A stretch of DNA of 64,000 nucleotides from Thermoanaerobaculia bacterium (GCA_963816185.1 CAWFJJ010000029.1:192001-256000), one strand, 5' to 3'; counted from the first letter of the stretch, positions 48,624 to 63,885 are shown. Program-made: numbers and translations. The notes: generated by a model not told the origin, from the sequence alone.

Positions 48624-48784
48624 GCTGCTACACGATAGCGTGTGTCGAGAATTCGGTGAACGTTTTCAGAATCATCTCGCCGAGGCCGCGAAAGGAGCGC
48701 TCAGGATCGGAGGTCAATGATCGAAGGCAATCCTCCCTCGGCGGCTGCGGCGAGAAGGGCCCGGACGTCATCGGAAGGCGCCCT

Positions 48785-48822
48785 CAGGAGAGTTCGATAC
48801 GTGTCCACGAAGGCAGGCCATT
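48785..48822 (+). repeat. att-like repeat copy 1
   Basis: GAGAGTTCGATACGTGTCCACGAAGGCAGGCCATT. Confidence 0.85.
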
Positions 48823-48897
48823 CCACTTCGTTTAGGAGAACGCGGTCTTCCGCCCTGACAGCAAGAGCGCCGAGAAAATTCATCCATGGATTCCGGT

Positions 48898-51615
48898 TCA
48901 CTTCGCCCCCGGGATCCGCCGCTTCACTTCCTCGAACCAGTTCAGGACGACTTTGACCTGGGCAGGGCCCGATTCGGCGGGGTCCTCCTTGATCATGAGG
49001 AAGCGCGTTCCGTCGGATGTGACGTCGTAGTAGTTCACGCCGTGGGAGAGATAACGGCCCTCGAAAAGCGTCCGTGCCCGCCCGGCGCGGAACGTCGGCT
49101 TCGTCTCGACGTCGACGACCATCATCTTGTCGCCCCCTTGCCAATAGAACAGCTCGCGCCCGCTGCGGGACCAGCACGGCTCGTCCCCTCCCTCGGTCGA
49201 GATCTGCCACTTGCCACCCGGGCCCGGATACGGCCGGACGAAGATCTCGACGGGCCCCGACTCGTTCGACTGGTACACGACCCATCGGCCGTCGGGCGAG
49301 AATCGAGCGGCCGATTCACCGAACTTTGTCTGGAGGAAGGGGCGCAGTGTCTTTTCTCCATTGAGCGGAAGCGCGAAAATGTCGTTGTTCGGACTGGTGT
49401 CACCGGGGATATACACGTCAACGAGCAGGAGGCTGCCGTCGGGTGAGAAAGAAGTGGGAGTCTCGTTCTGGCGCGGCGCGTCGCCTGTCAGGCGCTCGGG
49501 CGGGGTGCTTCCATCGGCGCCCTGCCAGTAAGCAGCCCGTAGATCTTTTCTTCCAGGCGAAAAGCCGAATGCAACCCGCTTCCCGTCCGGCGCCCATGCC
49601 AGACGCTGGAAGGCTCCTTCCGCCGCGGAACGGCTGAGCGTCCCCCCGGGGAAATCGCCGATCAGAAGAGCCTCCTTATAGTTCTTGTCAACGGTGATGG
49701 CCACGAGCCGACCGCCATCAGGCGAAAGGGCCACCTCCTCGTAACCCCCGGGCGGGAGAGGAACCCTTTCCATCGCTCCCTTCCGGTCCACCCAGACGAG
49801 CGTTCTCTGAAGCTGCCGGCTCGCTGCGTAGACGAGCGTTCCTTCCTGCGAGAAGGCGTATTCGGCAGCCCCCGTGAAATTGGAATTCGTCACGAGACCT
49901 TCGAGGACCGGCACGGGAGAACCGGAGGTTTCGAGACGCTTCAGGCTGAACGGGACTGCAAGAAGCGTTCCGGGACGAGCGAAGACGAGGTGCCCCGTCG
50001 GGAGATACCGGGCGCGCACGGCGTCCTCCATGACGACGCGCTGCTCGCCGGTGCGGAGCGATACGACGGCGGCCTTGCCAGAGAAGGTGAAGAGGACGTG
50101 CTCTCCGTCCGGGAGGATCTGCGGAAAGACGTGATATTCGCCCTTCGCCGCGTCCGGGCTCGTCACCCTCCGCGCCTCCCCGCCCGACGCCGGGATGCGC
50201 CAGAGCCCCGACGTCGGGCTGGGCACGAAGACAATCGTTCCGTCCGGCCCCCAGCTCCCGCCGCGGGGGGACGGAGCGTCGCAGAGGGTGATCGGCGAGC
50301 CGCCGGCGAGCGACACCCTCTTCAGCTTTCCTTCTGCGAAGAAGCCGACCTCGAGACCGTCCGGGGACATGAACGGGGATGAGAACGGGAAGTCAGCGCC
50401 GGCGGCGTCAGTTCCCGGGATCGGTCTGATCTCGTCGAGGTCGAGCCGGCGGACGAAGAGCTTTGACCGGGCCAAGTCGCCTCCTTCAGTGACTCCTTCG
50501 AAGACGAGAGTCCTCCCGTCGGGCGAGAGGGCGAACGGGTTGTGTTCGTGCGTTCTCGGTTCGGCGTCCACGGGGAAAGAGAGCGAGAATCTGAGGGGCG
50601 ACGCGGGCGGAGATCCGGTTCGAGCGAACCGGGGGCCCACCAAGACACCGAACACGGCGGCAAGCACCGCGACAGCCGCAAGCATCCAGTAGGGAAGCCG
50701 GCCACGGAGACGGGGCCCTTCGCCGGGCGCGACGTTCGCCGCGCTGACGGCCTCGGAGAGGCGAGTCCGGAGGTTCTGAAGCTCCTTCGCGAGATCCTTC
50801 GTCGACGAGTAGCGCTCCTCCGGGTCCTTCCCCAGACACCGCTGGACGATCCAGCCGACGAGCGCCGGGAGCTTCGGGTCGAGCTTCGTCACCGGCTCGG
50901 GCTCCTCGCGGATGATGGCCGTGAGCGTCTCCGCAGCCGAGGCTCCCCCGAAGGGGCGTTTCCCCGTGAGCATCTCGTAGAGGACGATGCCGAGCGAGAA
51001 CTGGTCGCTCCGGAAGTCGACGGTCTGCCCGCGCGCCTGCTCGGGAGACATGTAGGCCACCGTTCCGAGGACCACTCCTTCCGAGGTCAGCTTGTCGACC
51101 GTTGGTGACTGTGTCTCGTCACCTGCGGTGGAAACAGGTCGGGAACGAGCGAGGCCGAAGTCGAGGAGCTTGGCGTGGCCGTCCCTCGTCAGGAAGACGT
51201 TCTCGGGCTTGACGTCGCGGTGGACGATCCCTTTCCCGTGCGCCGCCGCGAGGCCTTCCGCCACCTGCAGGGCGACATCGAGGGCCTTGCGGAGCGAGAG
51301 CGGTCCTTTGGCCAGCGCCTCACGCAACGTCTCGCCCTCCAGAAGCTCCGTGACGACGAACGAGACGGCAGCCTCTTTCCCGACGTCAAAGAGGGCGAGG
51401 ATGTTCGGATGCGAGAGGGCAGCGACGGCTTTCGCCTCGCTCTCGAAGCGGGCGAGGGCACGCGGGTCGTTCGAGACGACCTCGGGCAGGACCTTGATCG
51501 CGACGTCGCGGCCCAGTCGCGTGTCCTTGGCCCGGTAGACCTCTCCCATCCCGCCCGCGCCGAGAGGGTCGACGATCTCGTAAGGCCCGAGGCGGGTGCC
51601 CGCGGAGAGGCTCAT
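48898..51615 (-). CDS. Ser/Thr protein kinase with TM segment and TolB-like (PD40) beta-propeller
   Basis: Close paralog of 45924-48623 with the same kinase and propeller motifs. Confidence 0.93.
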   Translation of the reverse strand: MSLSAGTRLGPYEIVDPLGAGGMGEVYRAKDTRLGRDVAIKVLPEVVSNDPRALARFESEAKAVAALSHPNILALFDVGKEAAVSFVVTELLEGETLREALAKGPLSLRKALDVALQVAEGLAAAHGKGIVHRDVKPENVFLTRDGHAKLLDFGLARSRPVSTAGDETQSPTVDKLTSEGVVLGTVAYMSPEQARGQTVDFRSDQFSLGIVLYEMLTGKRPFGGASAAETLTAIIREEPEPVTKLDPKLPALVGWIVQRCLGKDPEERYSSTKDLAKELQNLRTRLSEAVSAANVAPGEGPRLRGRLPYWMLAAVAVLAAVFGVLVGPRFARTGSPPASPLRFSLSFPVDAEPRTHEHNPFALSPDGRTLVFEGVTEGGDLARSKLFVRRLDLDEIRPIPGTDAAGADFPFSSPFMSPDGLEVGFFAEGKLKRVSLAGGSPITLCDAPSPRGGSWGPDGTIVFVPSPTSGLWRIPASGGEARRVTSPDAAKGEYHVFPQILPDGEHVLFTFSGKAAVVSLRTGEQRVVMEDAVRARYLPTGHLVFARPGTLLAVPFSLKRLETSGSPVPVLEGLVTNSNFTGAAEYAFSQEGTLVYAASRQLQRTLVWVDRKGAMERVPLPPGGYEEVALSPDGGRLVAITVDKNYKEALLIGDFPGGTLSRSAAEGAFQRLAWAPDGKRVAFGFSPGRKDLRAAYWQGADGSTPPERLTGDAPRQNETPTSFSPDGSLLLVDVYIPGDTSPNNDIFALPLNGEKTLRPFLQTKFGESAARFSPDGRWVVYQSNESGPVEIFVRPYPGPGGKWQISTEGGDEPCWSRSGRELFYWQGGDKMMVVDVETKPTFRAGRARTLFEGRYLSHGVNYYDVTSDGTRFLMIKEDPAESGPAQVKVVLNWFEEVKRRIPGAK

Positions 51616-51811
51616 GTGCCTGTCTTCCCGGGTCGGAGGAATGGGCGAGTCGTGTCCCCCCGGTGCGGCGACGCTCGTTCCGGCGACCCGTCAAGGTCGT
51701 GTTACTGCGGGGATTCTAGTCGTGGTCCCGGTGCTGCACTCCCGCCGCCAATCAGGTCCTCGCATCCATAGACGCCCGCCCGAAAGCTCGGGAGGCGTCC
51801 AACAGCCGCAT

Positions 51812-51871
51812 TAGCTCCGGCGCCGGGTCTGCCAGCAGAGTTCGATACTGTGTCAACGAAGGCAGGCCATT
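51812..51871 (+). repeat. att-like repeat copy 2
   Basis: AGCTCCGGCGCCGGGTCTGCCAGCAGAGTTCGATACTGTGTCAACGAAGGCAGGCCATT. Confidence 0.88.
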
Positions 51872-51914
51872 CGTCTCACGCTGCGGCGGCCGCGTGCCGC
51901 GATGGTGCGCGGGT

Positions 51915-54566
51915 CTACGGTCCTCCCGCGACGAGCTTTTGGAACCGCGGGTTCTTGCGCAGCGGGTCGAAGTTGGGGTCGACCTTCAGCCAGCCGGGCG
52001 AGAGGAAGTAGGGAATCCTCAGCAGCGGCTCGAGTTGGTCGAGCGCCTTCTCCGGCTCGACGACGAGCATGTAGATTCGCGCGAGCTGGTGCTGCATGTA
52101 GGGGCCGTTCCGGGCATCCTTTGAAACCGGATTGAGGGCGACGCCACGCTTCCCCTCCCGCATGGCTTCTTCCTTCCGCCCAAGGTACGCCAGAGCCAGT
52201 CCGAGAAAGACATGGCGCTGCGCATCGTTGGGCGCCGCGCGAAGCTGCTCCTCGAAGGCCTTCCTCGCTTCTTCGGCGTACGTGCGCAAGTTGGCAGCGT
52301 CACCCTTCAACGCGTAGGCCTGAGTGAGGCAACTGCCCCATGCGCTCCGGTCGTCGTCAAACGCGCTCGGGGTCAGCCGCAGCAGAAGCTCTCGCTGCTC
52401 CTCGTCGAGAACCCAGACGAGATCGTAGAAGTTCGCCAGGTACGCCACGAGCGCGGTGGGCTCGACTTGCCTCGGTGCAGCCTTGAGCACGCCGCGGGCG
52501 CCGGCGAGGTCTCCCTCGCCGAGGAACGTCATGGCCTTGTCCTCGATCAGGGTGAGATTGGCAGGCGCGAGGGCGAGAGCACGGTCGAAGGCTTCCCGCG
52601 CCTCCGAGTAGCGCCGCAAACGCTGCAATGTGTCGCCGAGACCTCTCAGGCCCACGACCGAACGGGGGTCGAGGGAGACTGCCTGCCGAAAGTATTCCAC
52701 CGAGGTTTCCCAGCGCCCGAGGGCCTGCTCTGCGACCGCCGTCAACATGAGAAGCGTGACATCGCCGGGCGCGACGCGTAGCCCTTTCTCGCTCTGCGCT
52801 AGCGCTCGGTCGGAGTCATGCGAAACCAATATTTCGTAGCCGCCGAGGGCCCTGTATCCCTCCGGGCGGTTTGGCGCAAGCGCGACGGCCTTTTCCGCCG
52901 CCTGCCGGGAGCGCTCCGCCAGCGCGGGCGCGGGCGTGCTGTTGAAGTAGAGGAGCGAATTGACGCTCGAGACTCTTGCCCATGCCTGCGTGAAGCCGGG
53001 ATCCAGCGCGACGGCCTGATCGTAGAAGGCGAGCGCCTTGCGCAGGCTGGTGGGATCGTTGGCCGCCAGGCCGTTCGCCGCCGATTCACCCTTCAGGAAA
53101 GCGTCGTAGGCGGCGAGGTTCTGCGTGGGCTTCTCCGAAAGTCGCATCTCCTCGCCCGCCCCGAGTGCGGCGCCCAGGGCCTGCGCCACCTTCGTCGCGA
53201 TCTCCGACTGCACCTGGAATACGTCCGTAAGCGCCGCGTCGAATGGCTGCTGCCACTTCGAAGTCGGCGCGTCCGGGCGCGTGACGTCCACGAGCTCGGG
53301 GCTCACGTGAACCCGGCTCGTACCGCCGGCCTTTTCCCAGCGCACCGTGGCGGTGAGGAGATACGAGACGTTCAGCTCTTCGGCGATCTGTTTCGGAGTC
53401 TTAGCGGTCTTCTTGTAGGGCGTCGAGCTGCCGCGGGCGATCACCTGAAGCCCCGGGAGAGACGTCAGCTTGCCTCGAATCTCGTCCGCGATCCCGTCGG
53501 CAAAATAGTCGTCCTCGGGCGCCCCCAGGTTCTCGAACGGCAGCACCGCCACGCGCTTGACACCGCCGGCCTGGCCCACCTCTTTCGACGTTCGCCGCAG
53601 AAGGAAGAGACCGGCGGCCGCCAGAACGACGACGGCCGACACGGCGATGAGAACCTTACTTCTGCCGGCGGGCGGCGCCGCGAGCTGCGCTCCGCTCGTC
53701 ACCGTCGTTGTCGGAGCCGACGCCTCTGAAAGAGCGAAGGCCACGTCCTTGGCCGTCTGGAAGCGATTCTCCCGATCCTTCTCGAGGCAGTGCCGGACGA
53801 TGTGGTCGAGGGCGGGCGAGACGTTCCGCCCCGACTGCGTCAGCTCCGGCGGCTCGTCCCGCATGATTGCCGCCATCGTGTCGCTCGCCGTGTCCCGCTT
53901 GAACACCTTCTTGCCCGAGAGCATCTCGTACAGGATCGCCCCGAACGAAAAGATGTCCGAGCGGTGATCGACGGGCAAACCCCGGACCTGCTCGGGTGAC
54001 ATGTAGGCCACCGTCCCCCTCACCGTCCCGGGCTCCGTATGACGCGAGCCTGTCGGCGCGCTCGTCTCCTCGCCCGCGGCAACCGGCTGGACCTTCTTCG
54101 CCAGCCCGAAGTCCAGGATCTTGACGTGGCCGTCTCTCGTGACGAAAAGGTTCTCGGGCTTCAGATCCCGGTGGACGATGCCCTTCTCGTGCGCGGCGGA
54201 GAGGCCCCTGGCGGCCTGCAGCGCGTAATTGACCGCCTGCTTCTGCGAGATCGGACCGCCGTCGAGCTTGCCGCGCAGCGTCTCGCCCTCCAGAAGCTCC
54301 GTGACGGCGTAGGCCGTCCCCTCGTGCGTCCCGAAGTCGTGAATCGCAAGAATGTTCGGATGCGACAGCGCCGCGACCGCCAGGGCCTCCCGCTCGAACC
54401 GTGCCAGCGCATCGGGATCCGCGGCCAGCGACTGCGGCAGGACCTTGACCGCCACGTCGCGCTTGAGCTTCGAATCCCGGGCCCGGTACACCTCACCCAT
54501 CCCGCCCGCACCGAGTGGGCTGAGAATTTCATACGGACCTAACTTGGTGCCGGAAACCAGACTCAC
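51915..54566 (-). CDS. Ser/Thr protein kinase with TolB-N (VAVLPF) and TPR domains
   Basis: Kinase motifs, [19 protein letters not shown] repeats and [12 protein letters not shown] terminus. Confidence 0.93.
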   Translation of the reverse strand: MSLVSGTKLGPYEILSPLGAGGMGEVYRARDSKLKRDVAVKVLPQSLAADPDALARFEREALAVAALSHPNILAIHDFGTHEGTAYAVTELLEGETLRGKLDGGPISQKQAVNYALQAARGLSAAHEKGIVHRDLKPENLFVTRDGHVKILDFGLAKKVQPVAAGEETSAPTGSRHTEPGTVRGTVAYMSPEQVRGLPVDHRSDIFSFGAILYEMLSGKKVFKRDTASDTMAAIMRDEPPELTQSGRNVSPALDHIVRHCLEKDRENRFQTAKDVAFALSEASAPTTTVTSGAQLAAPPAGRSKVLIAVSAVVVLAAAGLFLLRRTSKEVGQAGGVKRVAVLPFENLGAPEDDYFADGIADEIRGKLTSLPGLQVIARGSSTPYKKTAKTPKQIAEELNVSYLLTATVRWEKAGGTSRVHVSPELVDVTRPDAPTSKWQQPFDAALTDVFQVQSEIATKVAQALGAALGAGEEMRLSEKPTQNLAAYDAFLKGESAANGLAANDPTSLRKALAFYDQAVALDPGFTQAWARVSSVNSLLYFNSTPAPALAERSRQAAEKAVALAPNRPEGYRALGGYEILVSHDSDRALAQSEKGLRVAPGDVTLLMLTAVAEQALGRWETSVEYFRQAVSLDPRSVVGLRGLGDTLQRLRRYSEAREAFDRALALAPANLTLIEDKAMTFLGEGDLAGARGVLKAAPRQVEPTALVAYLANFYDLVWVLDEEQRELLLRLTPSAFDDDRSAWGSCLTQAYALKGDAANLRTYAEEARKAFEEQLRAAPNDAQRHVFLGLALAYLGRKEEAMREGKRGVALNPVSKDARNGPYMQHQLARIYMLVVEPEKALDQLEPLLRIPYFLSPGWLKVDPNFDPLRKNPRFQKLVAGGP

Positions 54567-54698
54567 CTGACGAAATTCTATCCGTGGCCCCGCCGTGGCC
54601 CGGGGAGTGGCTGCTAACGCGGCGCGAGAACCCGGCTTCCGGAAGCAGCGCCAGGAACTACGCTGCTTTGATGAGGTCCTCCACGCGCTCGACAGCCT

Positions 54699-54760
54699 TA
54701 TAAGCTCGGGCGGCGGGTCTGCCAGCAGAGTTCGATCCGTATCAACGAAGGCAGGCCATT
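54699..54760 (+). repeat. att-like repeat copy 3
   Basis: TATAAGCTCGGGCGGCGGGTCTGCCAGCAGAGTTCGATCCGTATCAACGAAGGCAGGCCATT. Confidence 0.88.
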
Positions 54761-54857
54761 GATCTCAGTCGCTAGCGCGACTCTCGCACGTCCGCGACAC
54801 ATAGAAGCTCACGGAGGAGTTCATCGGCGCCGACCATTCGGATCAGAATGGTGATCG

Positions 54858-55506
54858 ATGCGAGACCCCTATGGTCAGCTGGCGCCGCGATACGACCGCG
54901 AGGCTGCCGATCCCGGTATCCAGGCGATCTACCGGGACTTCCGGCTAGCCCTGACGAGTACGGCCGCCGCGCATCGCATGCGCCCGCGCGTCATCGTCGA
55001 CCTCGTCTGTGGCACCGGAAACACCGCAATACCGTGGGCCGGCGCGCGCGGGCGAACGGTCGTCGGCGTTGACGTGTCGGAAGCGATGCTTCGCGTCGCG
55101 CGGAGGAAATCGCAGCGCGTTCGGTGGGTGAGGCAGGACCTGGCCCACCTCTCACTGAACGTGGCCGCCGACGTCGCGACTTGCCACTTCGACGCGCTGA
55201 ACCACATCCTCGACGCGAGGGACCTTCAGCGCGTGGTTCGTGAAGCACCGGAACCTCTACCGGAAGGTCCTCGTGACCGTGAACGAACGCTCGTTTGAGG
55301 ACGTGGAGCTTCGACGGATGCTCCGCACCGCAGGGCTTCACCTCGAGAGGATCAGCGTGATGCGGCGGCTGAAGGGACGGCCGATTCGGAAACTCTACGT
55401 TGCGGTCAAGCGCGGCGGAGGAACGGCATTCAGGACTTCGCCGGAACCTATGCCCGAACTGTCGCTCGGCTTCACTTCTCGACCGGTCAGCTCTAGTACT
55501 TCATGA
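54858..55506 (+). pseudogene. Class I SAM-dependent methyltransferase, frameshifted and probably internally deleted
   Basis: VDLVCGTG, GVDVSEAML and FDALNH in one frame; C-terminal-type 'ERSF...LRTAGL' in another frame from about 55240, with the middle apparently missing. Confidence 0.65.
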
Positions 55507-56428
55507 CCTTATCGACCTTGCCGTTCAGCTTGAACTGGACCATTCCCCCAGGCTTCGCGCTGACGATCCAGCCGTGGCTCTTGCAGAAGACGCCGGGGCT
55601 CAGCTGGACGACCTCGACCTTCCCGTCCGGGGCGCCGAGGAGGCCCGGAGCCTGTTTCACGAGAGAGGGCACGACGGAGAAGTCGACCTTCGCGAGGGCG
55701 ACCTTCTTCTCGCAGTCGGAGCTGCTCCCCTCGTCGGGCCCGGTCACCGTTCCCGCCTCGTACTTGAACTGGCAGCGCTTCGTCGAGGTCTCGGGGCAGG
55801 CCGTCGTGGCCAGGGCGAACCCGGGGTAGATCGCGAGCTCGTAGACCTCCGGCACGCGCCCCGGCAGGACCGCCTGAAGCTGCGAAAGGTCGTCCCAGAG
55901 GATCCCCTTCTGCTTGGGGCGCGTCGCGTCCTCGATCGCCGAGATCTCTTCCTTCTTGTTCGGCTCCACCCGGAAAAGCGCGTTCCGCGCCGCCTGGGCG
56001 ATGAACCCGTCCGGGTCCCTGAGCGCCTCCCTGAGGAGCGGGATCGCCGGCTTCGCCGCCTCCCGCATCTCGCCGAGCGCCGTGAGCGAAGAGGAGCGGA
56101 CCTTCGGCCATTTGTCCTCCTTCGCCGCCTTCATGAGCGGGGGGACCGCCGTTTTCGCGCACTTCGGGCCGATGTTGCCGAGGGCCTCGGCCGCCGCGAC
56201 GCGGGTGTCGTTGTCGCGGTCGGTCTGCAGGAGCTCGACGAGCCGGGGCACGGCGGGCAGCGCGGCAACCCTCTTGTACCCGAGCGACCGGGCCGCGCTC
56301 GCGCGATCCTTCGCCTCGGGAGAGTCGAGCTTCGCCTGTAGCTCCTGCACCTCCTTCGAGGCCTTCTGGGCCGCGGCGACGGGAGAGAGGAACATAAGAC
56401 AGAGGGCCGTCACGAGGGCGCGTCGCAT
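55493..56428 (-). CDS. Secreted HEAT-repeat protein
   Basis: Signal peptide; HEAT-like repeats (RVAAAEALGNIG, AIPLLREALRD); AGGAGG Shine-Dalgarno. Confidence 0.8.
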   Translation of the reverse strand: MRRALVTALCLMFLSPVAAAQKASKEVQELQAKLDSPEAKDRASAARSLGYKRVAALPAVPRLVELLQTDRDNDTRVAAAEALGNIGPKCAKTAVPPLMKAAKEDKWPKVRSSSLTALGEMREAAKPAIPLLREALRDPDGFIAQAARNALFRVEPNKKEEISAIEDATRPKQKGILWDDLSQLQAVLPGRVPEVYELAIYPGFALATTACPETSTKRCQFKYEAGTVTGPDEGSSSDCEKKVALAKVDFSVVPSLVKQAPGLLGAPDGKVEVVQLSPGVFCKSHGWIVSAKPGGMVQFKLNGKVDKVMKY

Positions 56429-56485
56429 CGATGCCTCCTCCTGAGTCTGGAACAGATGTTCCATTGCCTCTCGAAATCCTATCTC

Positions 56486-59894
<3,409 letters not shown>

Positions 59895-59988
59895 TCATTA
59901 ACAGAACGCGCCAATGTCATGGCCAGACGCGCCAGCCCCATCCGAACCAGGCCGCCTCGGTGATCTCCGGAAACCTCTCGAGCTGCCA

Positions 59989-60050
59989 TATAAGCTCGGG
60001 CGGCGGGTCTGCCAGGGGAGGTCGATACGTGTCGACGAAGGCAGGCCATT
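59989..60050 (+). repeat. att-like repeat copy 4
   Basis: TATAAGCTCGGGCGGCGGGTCTGCCAGGGGAGGTCGATACGTGTCGACGAAGGCAGGCCATT. Confidence 0.88.
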
Positions 60051-60068
60051 TCTCCGGTGTGCCTCTAG

Positions 60069-62023
60069 ATGGAGGTGAGTTCTGGGTGCCTTCTTCTGCT
60101 CGGCGAAACGACCGTACGCCTTCGTGGGCCTCGTCCTCGTCTGGAACGCTCTCCTCCTGGGGGGATTCGCGTCCCAGCTCTCCCTGACGACCGGAACCAC
60201 CTCGCTTCCCGGCCTTCCTGGCCGCGGGTACGTTCTTCGCGAGCCATATCGTCGACGTGCTGCTCGTCGTCTCCGCGGGCGCCCTCCTGGTCAACGGCCC
60301 GCTCCCGCTGCGGCTCCTGGCCTACGGCACGTTTCTCGTTCAGTTTCTCGGGGACGCCCTTCAGCTCTTCTCGCACTACTTGACGGGCCAGTACCTCTCG
60401 AGGCTGGCGGTCGAGAACGCAAACCACGTTGCGCTTCTCTTCAGCCCGAGGAGGGTCATCGGAGTCGCCGTCGCGGTGGCTGCCGCGCTCTCCGTGCCGC
60501 TCATGACGGAAATCGCGCGGAAGGCGGGCCGCTGGCGCGAAGCCGGGACCCTCTCCCTCGCCGCTCTCTCTCTCGCTGCCGTCGTCGCGGTCGCCCCCCG
60601 GGCCCTTCCGGCCGACGCCCGCAAGATCCGGGAGGAGCTGTACGAGGGAAACAACATCACGGACCGGTCACCCCTCGTCTCGCTGTTCGAGGTGCTCGTC
60701 GGGGAACCGGCGCGGGACTGGAACGTATTCACCCGCGCCGACGCCGCGGCGATGAAGCGATTCGGTTTCGAGATCTCGCTTTCGAGCGCCTATCCGCTCC
60801 GGAAAGACTGGATCTACGAAGGGGATCCGCCCTTCGAGAGAGTGCCGGGAGCCCCTCGCCTTCCCAACATCATCGTCTTCTTCACCGAGGGCCTGTCGGC
60901 GCGTCTGACGGGACCCTACGACTCGCCGTTCCCGGGGATCACGCCGAATCTCGACCGCTTCGCCGCCGACCCGAGGACGATGGTCGTGACGAACTACTAC
61001 AACCACACGTTCGCGACGTACCGGGGTCTTCACGGGCAGCTCTGCTCCCTGTTCCCGAAGGACGAGGGGTCGGATGCGTGGCTCGAAGGCCCCGAGAACG
61101 GGGGCGTCAGAAGCTACTTCAGCCTCGCCGACTACCTCCGCGAGCTGGGGTACGAGACGAGCTTCCTCGACACGCACCGGCGCGGGGCGGCCCGCGTCGA
61201 CAAGATGTTGAGACGGATCGGGTTCGAGAACGTCCTGACCGCGGAAGATCTCTCGGCGCAGTACCTGGGAGGCGTGGAGCCGCTGCGGAGCGACGCTCTT
61301 TCCGATCATCAGCTCCTCGACGCCCTCGTAGGCTTTCTCGAGAAACGACAAGAACGCTCAGGCGGGTCGCGGCCCTTCTTCGTGGGGCTCTACAACGTCG
61401 AGACCCATGCCTTCCAGGATTCGGCGGCCGATGGCCCGAAGTACGGAGACGGCGGGAACTACAGCCTCAACACCGTTCACAACTTCGACCATGCGTTCGG
61501 CCGGTTCCTGGACTTCTTCCTGAGCTCGCCTCTCGCGAAGGACACCGTCGTGGTCTTCACGGCGGACCATTGTCACTACACGGAGAGGACCTACACGGAG
61601 GTCATGCGGCCGAACTTCCCCGGCCTTTCGCGCATCCCCGTGGACACGATCCCCCTCATCATCTATTCGCCCCTTCACCGGCTTCCGGACACCTTCGACG
61701 CGGACTTCCAGACCTCCTTGGACTTCACGCCGTCCCTCATTCACCTGCTCGGCCTGCCCCAGAGACCCAACCCGTTCCTCGGTCGCTCGATCTTCTCGTC
61801 CCACGCCGGGGACGATCGCGGGCTGGGCATCGCCTTGATCGGCACGGATCTCTTCTTCGTCGATCGGAGCGGGATCGCCCGCAGGGGACGGCTTCGCGAG
61901 CACGCGAGGGAGTTCTGGAAAGTCCAGCGCTTCATGCGTTACCTGGCGGATCTCGAGGAGCGCAACAGGATCTGGCCGAGCCCCGGCGCCGGCAGCGCGC
62001 GCCGCTCGCCCGGGCACGGGTGA
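60069..62023 (+). CDS. LTA synthase / sulfatase family membrane protein (5' end uncertain, frameshift near 60210)
   Basis: TM region followed by PNIIVFFTEGLS, TPNLD, ETH and VVFTADH motifs. Confidence 0.8.
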
Positions 62024-62035
62024 CTCGGGATCGCG

Positions 62036-62312
62036 CTAGCGGGCGAAGAAGGTGTTGCTGACCCAGACGAGGATCGCGAGAAGCCCCACGCCGAGGACGA
62101 GGCTCCACGTGACCAGCTTGGCCTCCACCGGCAAGGAACGGCTCGAAGGGAATCTTCGCCAGCTCGTCGGCCACCTGCTTCCCGGTCGTCACCGGCGGCG
62201 GGTAAATCGCGATCCTCTCGCAAGCCTTTTCCAGTCGGGCGGCTTCGGGCGCGGGAGGCGTCGCGGGCTTCTTCTTCGTCTCGACCTCGGGTTCCAGAAC
62301 TTCCGTTACCAT
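62036..62312 (-). CDS. Small membrane protein downstream of the YeiH-like gene (frameshift near 62132)
   Basis: ...IPFEPFL then, in a shifted frame, PVEAKLVTWSLVLGVGLLAILVWVSNTFFAR*; AGGGAG Shine-Dalgarno. Confidence 0.6.
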
Positions 62313-62362
62313 GATTTCTCCCTTTTTCAGCTCGCCGTTTCGCTCTTCAGATCCTCAGGCCG

Positions 62363-63806
62363 TCACAGGGTGGGGGGCACGATGCCGTGGAAGAAGACCC
62401 ACGAGATGGCGAGGCCGATCCAGACGATGAAGCCGAACAGGCAGACGATGTAGACGAGCGCCAGCTTTCCGATGCCCTCTTCCCAGAGCTTCCTGAAGTT
62501 GGAGAGGAGGCCGATCGTGAAGAAGGTCATCACGAAGAAGAGGACGCGGAAGATGTTGCTCTCGGCGGTCGAGACCTTGGCGGCCGCGAGGAACGCCGGC
62601 GCCTGAATCGCGAGCAGCAGCATCACGACGAACGTCGCCGATGTAGCCGAAGACGAACTTCGGGCAGCGCTCCCAGATAGCGCGCCCGTTCACCTTCTCC
62701 CCCGGTTTCTTCTCGATCGCGGTGGCCCAGATGATCGCCAGGATGACCGCCCAGATCCCGATGAACATGTCGATGAAGATCTTCACGGTCGTCGTGGTCA
62801 TGAGCATCCAGCCCTCTTTGTAGTGGACGCCCGTGGCCGCGAAAGCCTTCGCCCGGATCAGCGCGTCGGTGATGGCTCCGCTGGCCACAGCGGCGCCGTC
62901 GGTCTTGACCGCAAGGCCCATCCAGGCCCCGGCGACCATCGGCTGGCTGTAGAGGAAGGTCTCCGCCATGAACGGCAGGAAGAGCAGCTCCACGACGGCG
63001 AAGATCACCACGAGAGAGGAGACCATGATCGGGACGACCGGCCTGCTCTTGATGGCGGCACCCGTGGCGATCGCCGCCGAAACGCCGCAGATGGAGATGC
63101 CGGACGCGAGCGGCGCCGACCACTCCTTGCTGAACTTGAAGACTTTTCGCGCGATCAAATAGACGAGCGCCCAGTAGATCAGGTACGCCTCGACGATGGC
63201 CGCGAACCCTCGGAACATGATCGCCTTGGCCAGCCCGGTGGCCCCCGCCGCCTGCACGCCGAGAAATGCGCCCAGGATCACGATGGCGGTCTTGATGTAC
63301 CACTCGGGGCGGGTCGCTTCCTTCAGGAAGGTGGTCGTCTTGGGGAAGAAGTTGCCGACGACGAGACCTGCGAGAAGGGCCACCACGAAGCCGGCCTCGC
63401 CCGTGAGCCCCAGCGACCAGGGGATCTTGAAGGCCGCCCGCTTGTCCGGCGTCGCCGCGATGTAGGCGACGTTCCCGATGAGCCAGCACAGGTAGCTCAC
63501 CCAGAAGATCACCGTGAAACCGACGGCGAACTCCTTGAGCTTGAGCTTGAGGACCTTGGCACCGATGCTCATGATTGCGAGCATGAACAGGTAGGTGAGC
63601 AGCAGGGAAATGGGACCCGACACCGCGGCATAGGCCTTCGAAACCGGCGCCATGGCCTTTCCGAGCGTCACCCACACGTTCGTGGCCACGCCGAAGCCAA
63701 GGAGGTCCTTTCCGAGGAGAGGACCTAGCGACAGGAGGAAGACGAAGAACCCGATCCAGACGGCCCACCAGTCTTCCGTGTTCTGAATTAACCTAGGTTT
63801 TTGCAC
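62363..63806 (-). CDS. YeiH-like (putative sulfate exporter family) membrane transporter (apparent frameshift near 62640)
   Basis: EDWWAVWIG, SICGVSAAIA and CPKFVFG motifs; AAGGAGG Shine-Dalgarno before GTG 63806. Confidence 0.85.
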
Positions 63807-63885
63807 GTCGGCCTCCTTCAGGGACAGACGAACCCCTCGCATCTATGGGGGCCGCCACGACGCCTGAACACCCGCGTTGTTGAAG

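Noticed and set aside
45924-51615. Paralogous kinase 3' ends as a diversity-generating retroelement TR/VR pair
   Set aside because: No reverse transcriptase in the window, both copies are full-length genes, and differences are not obviously adenine-specific
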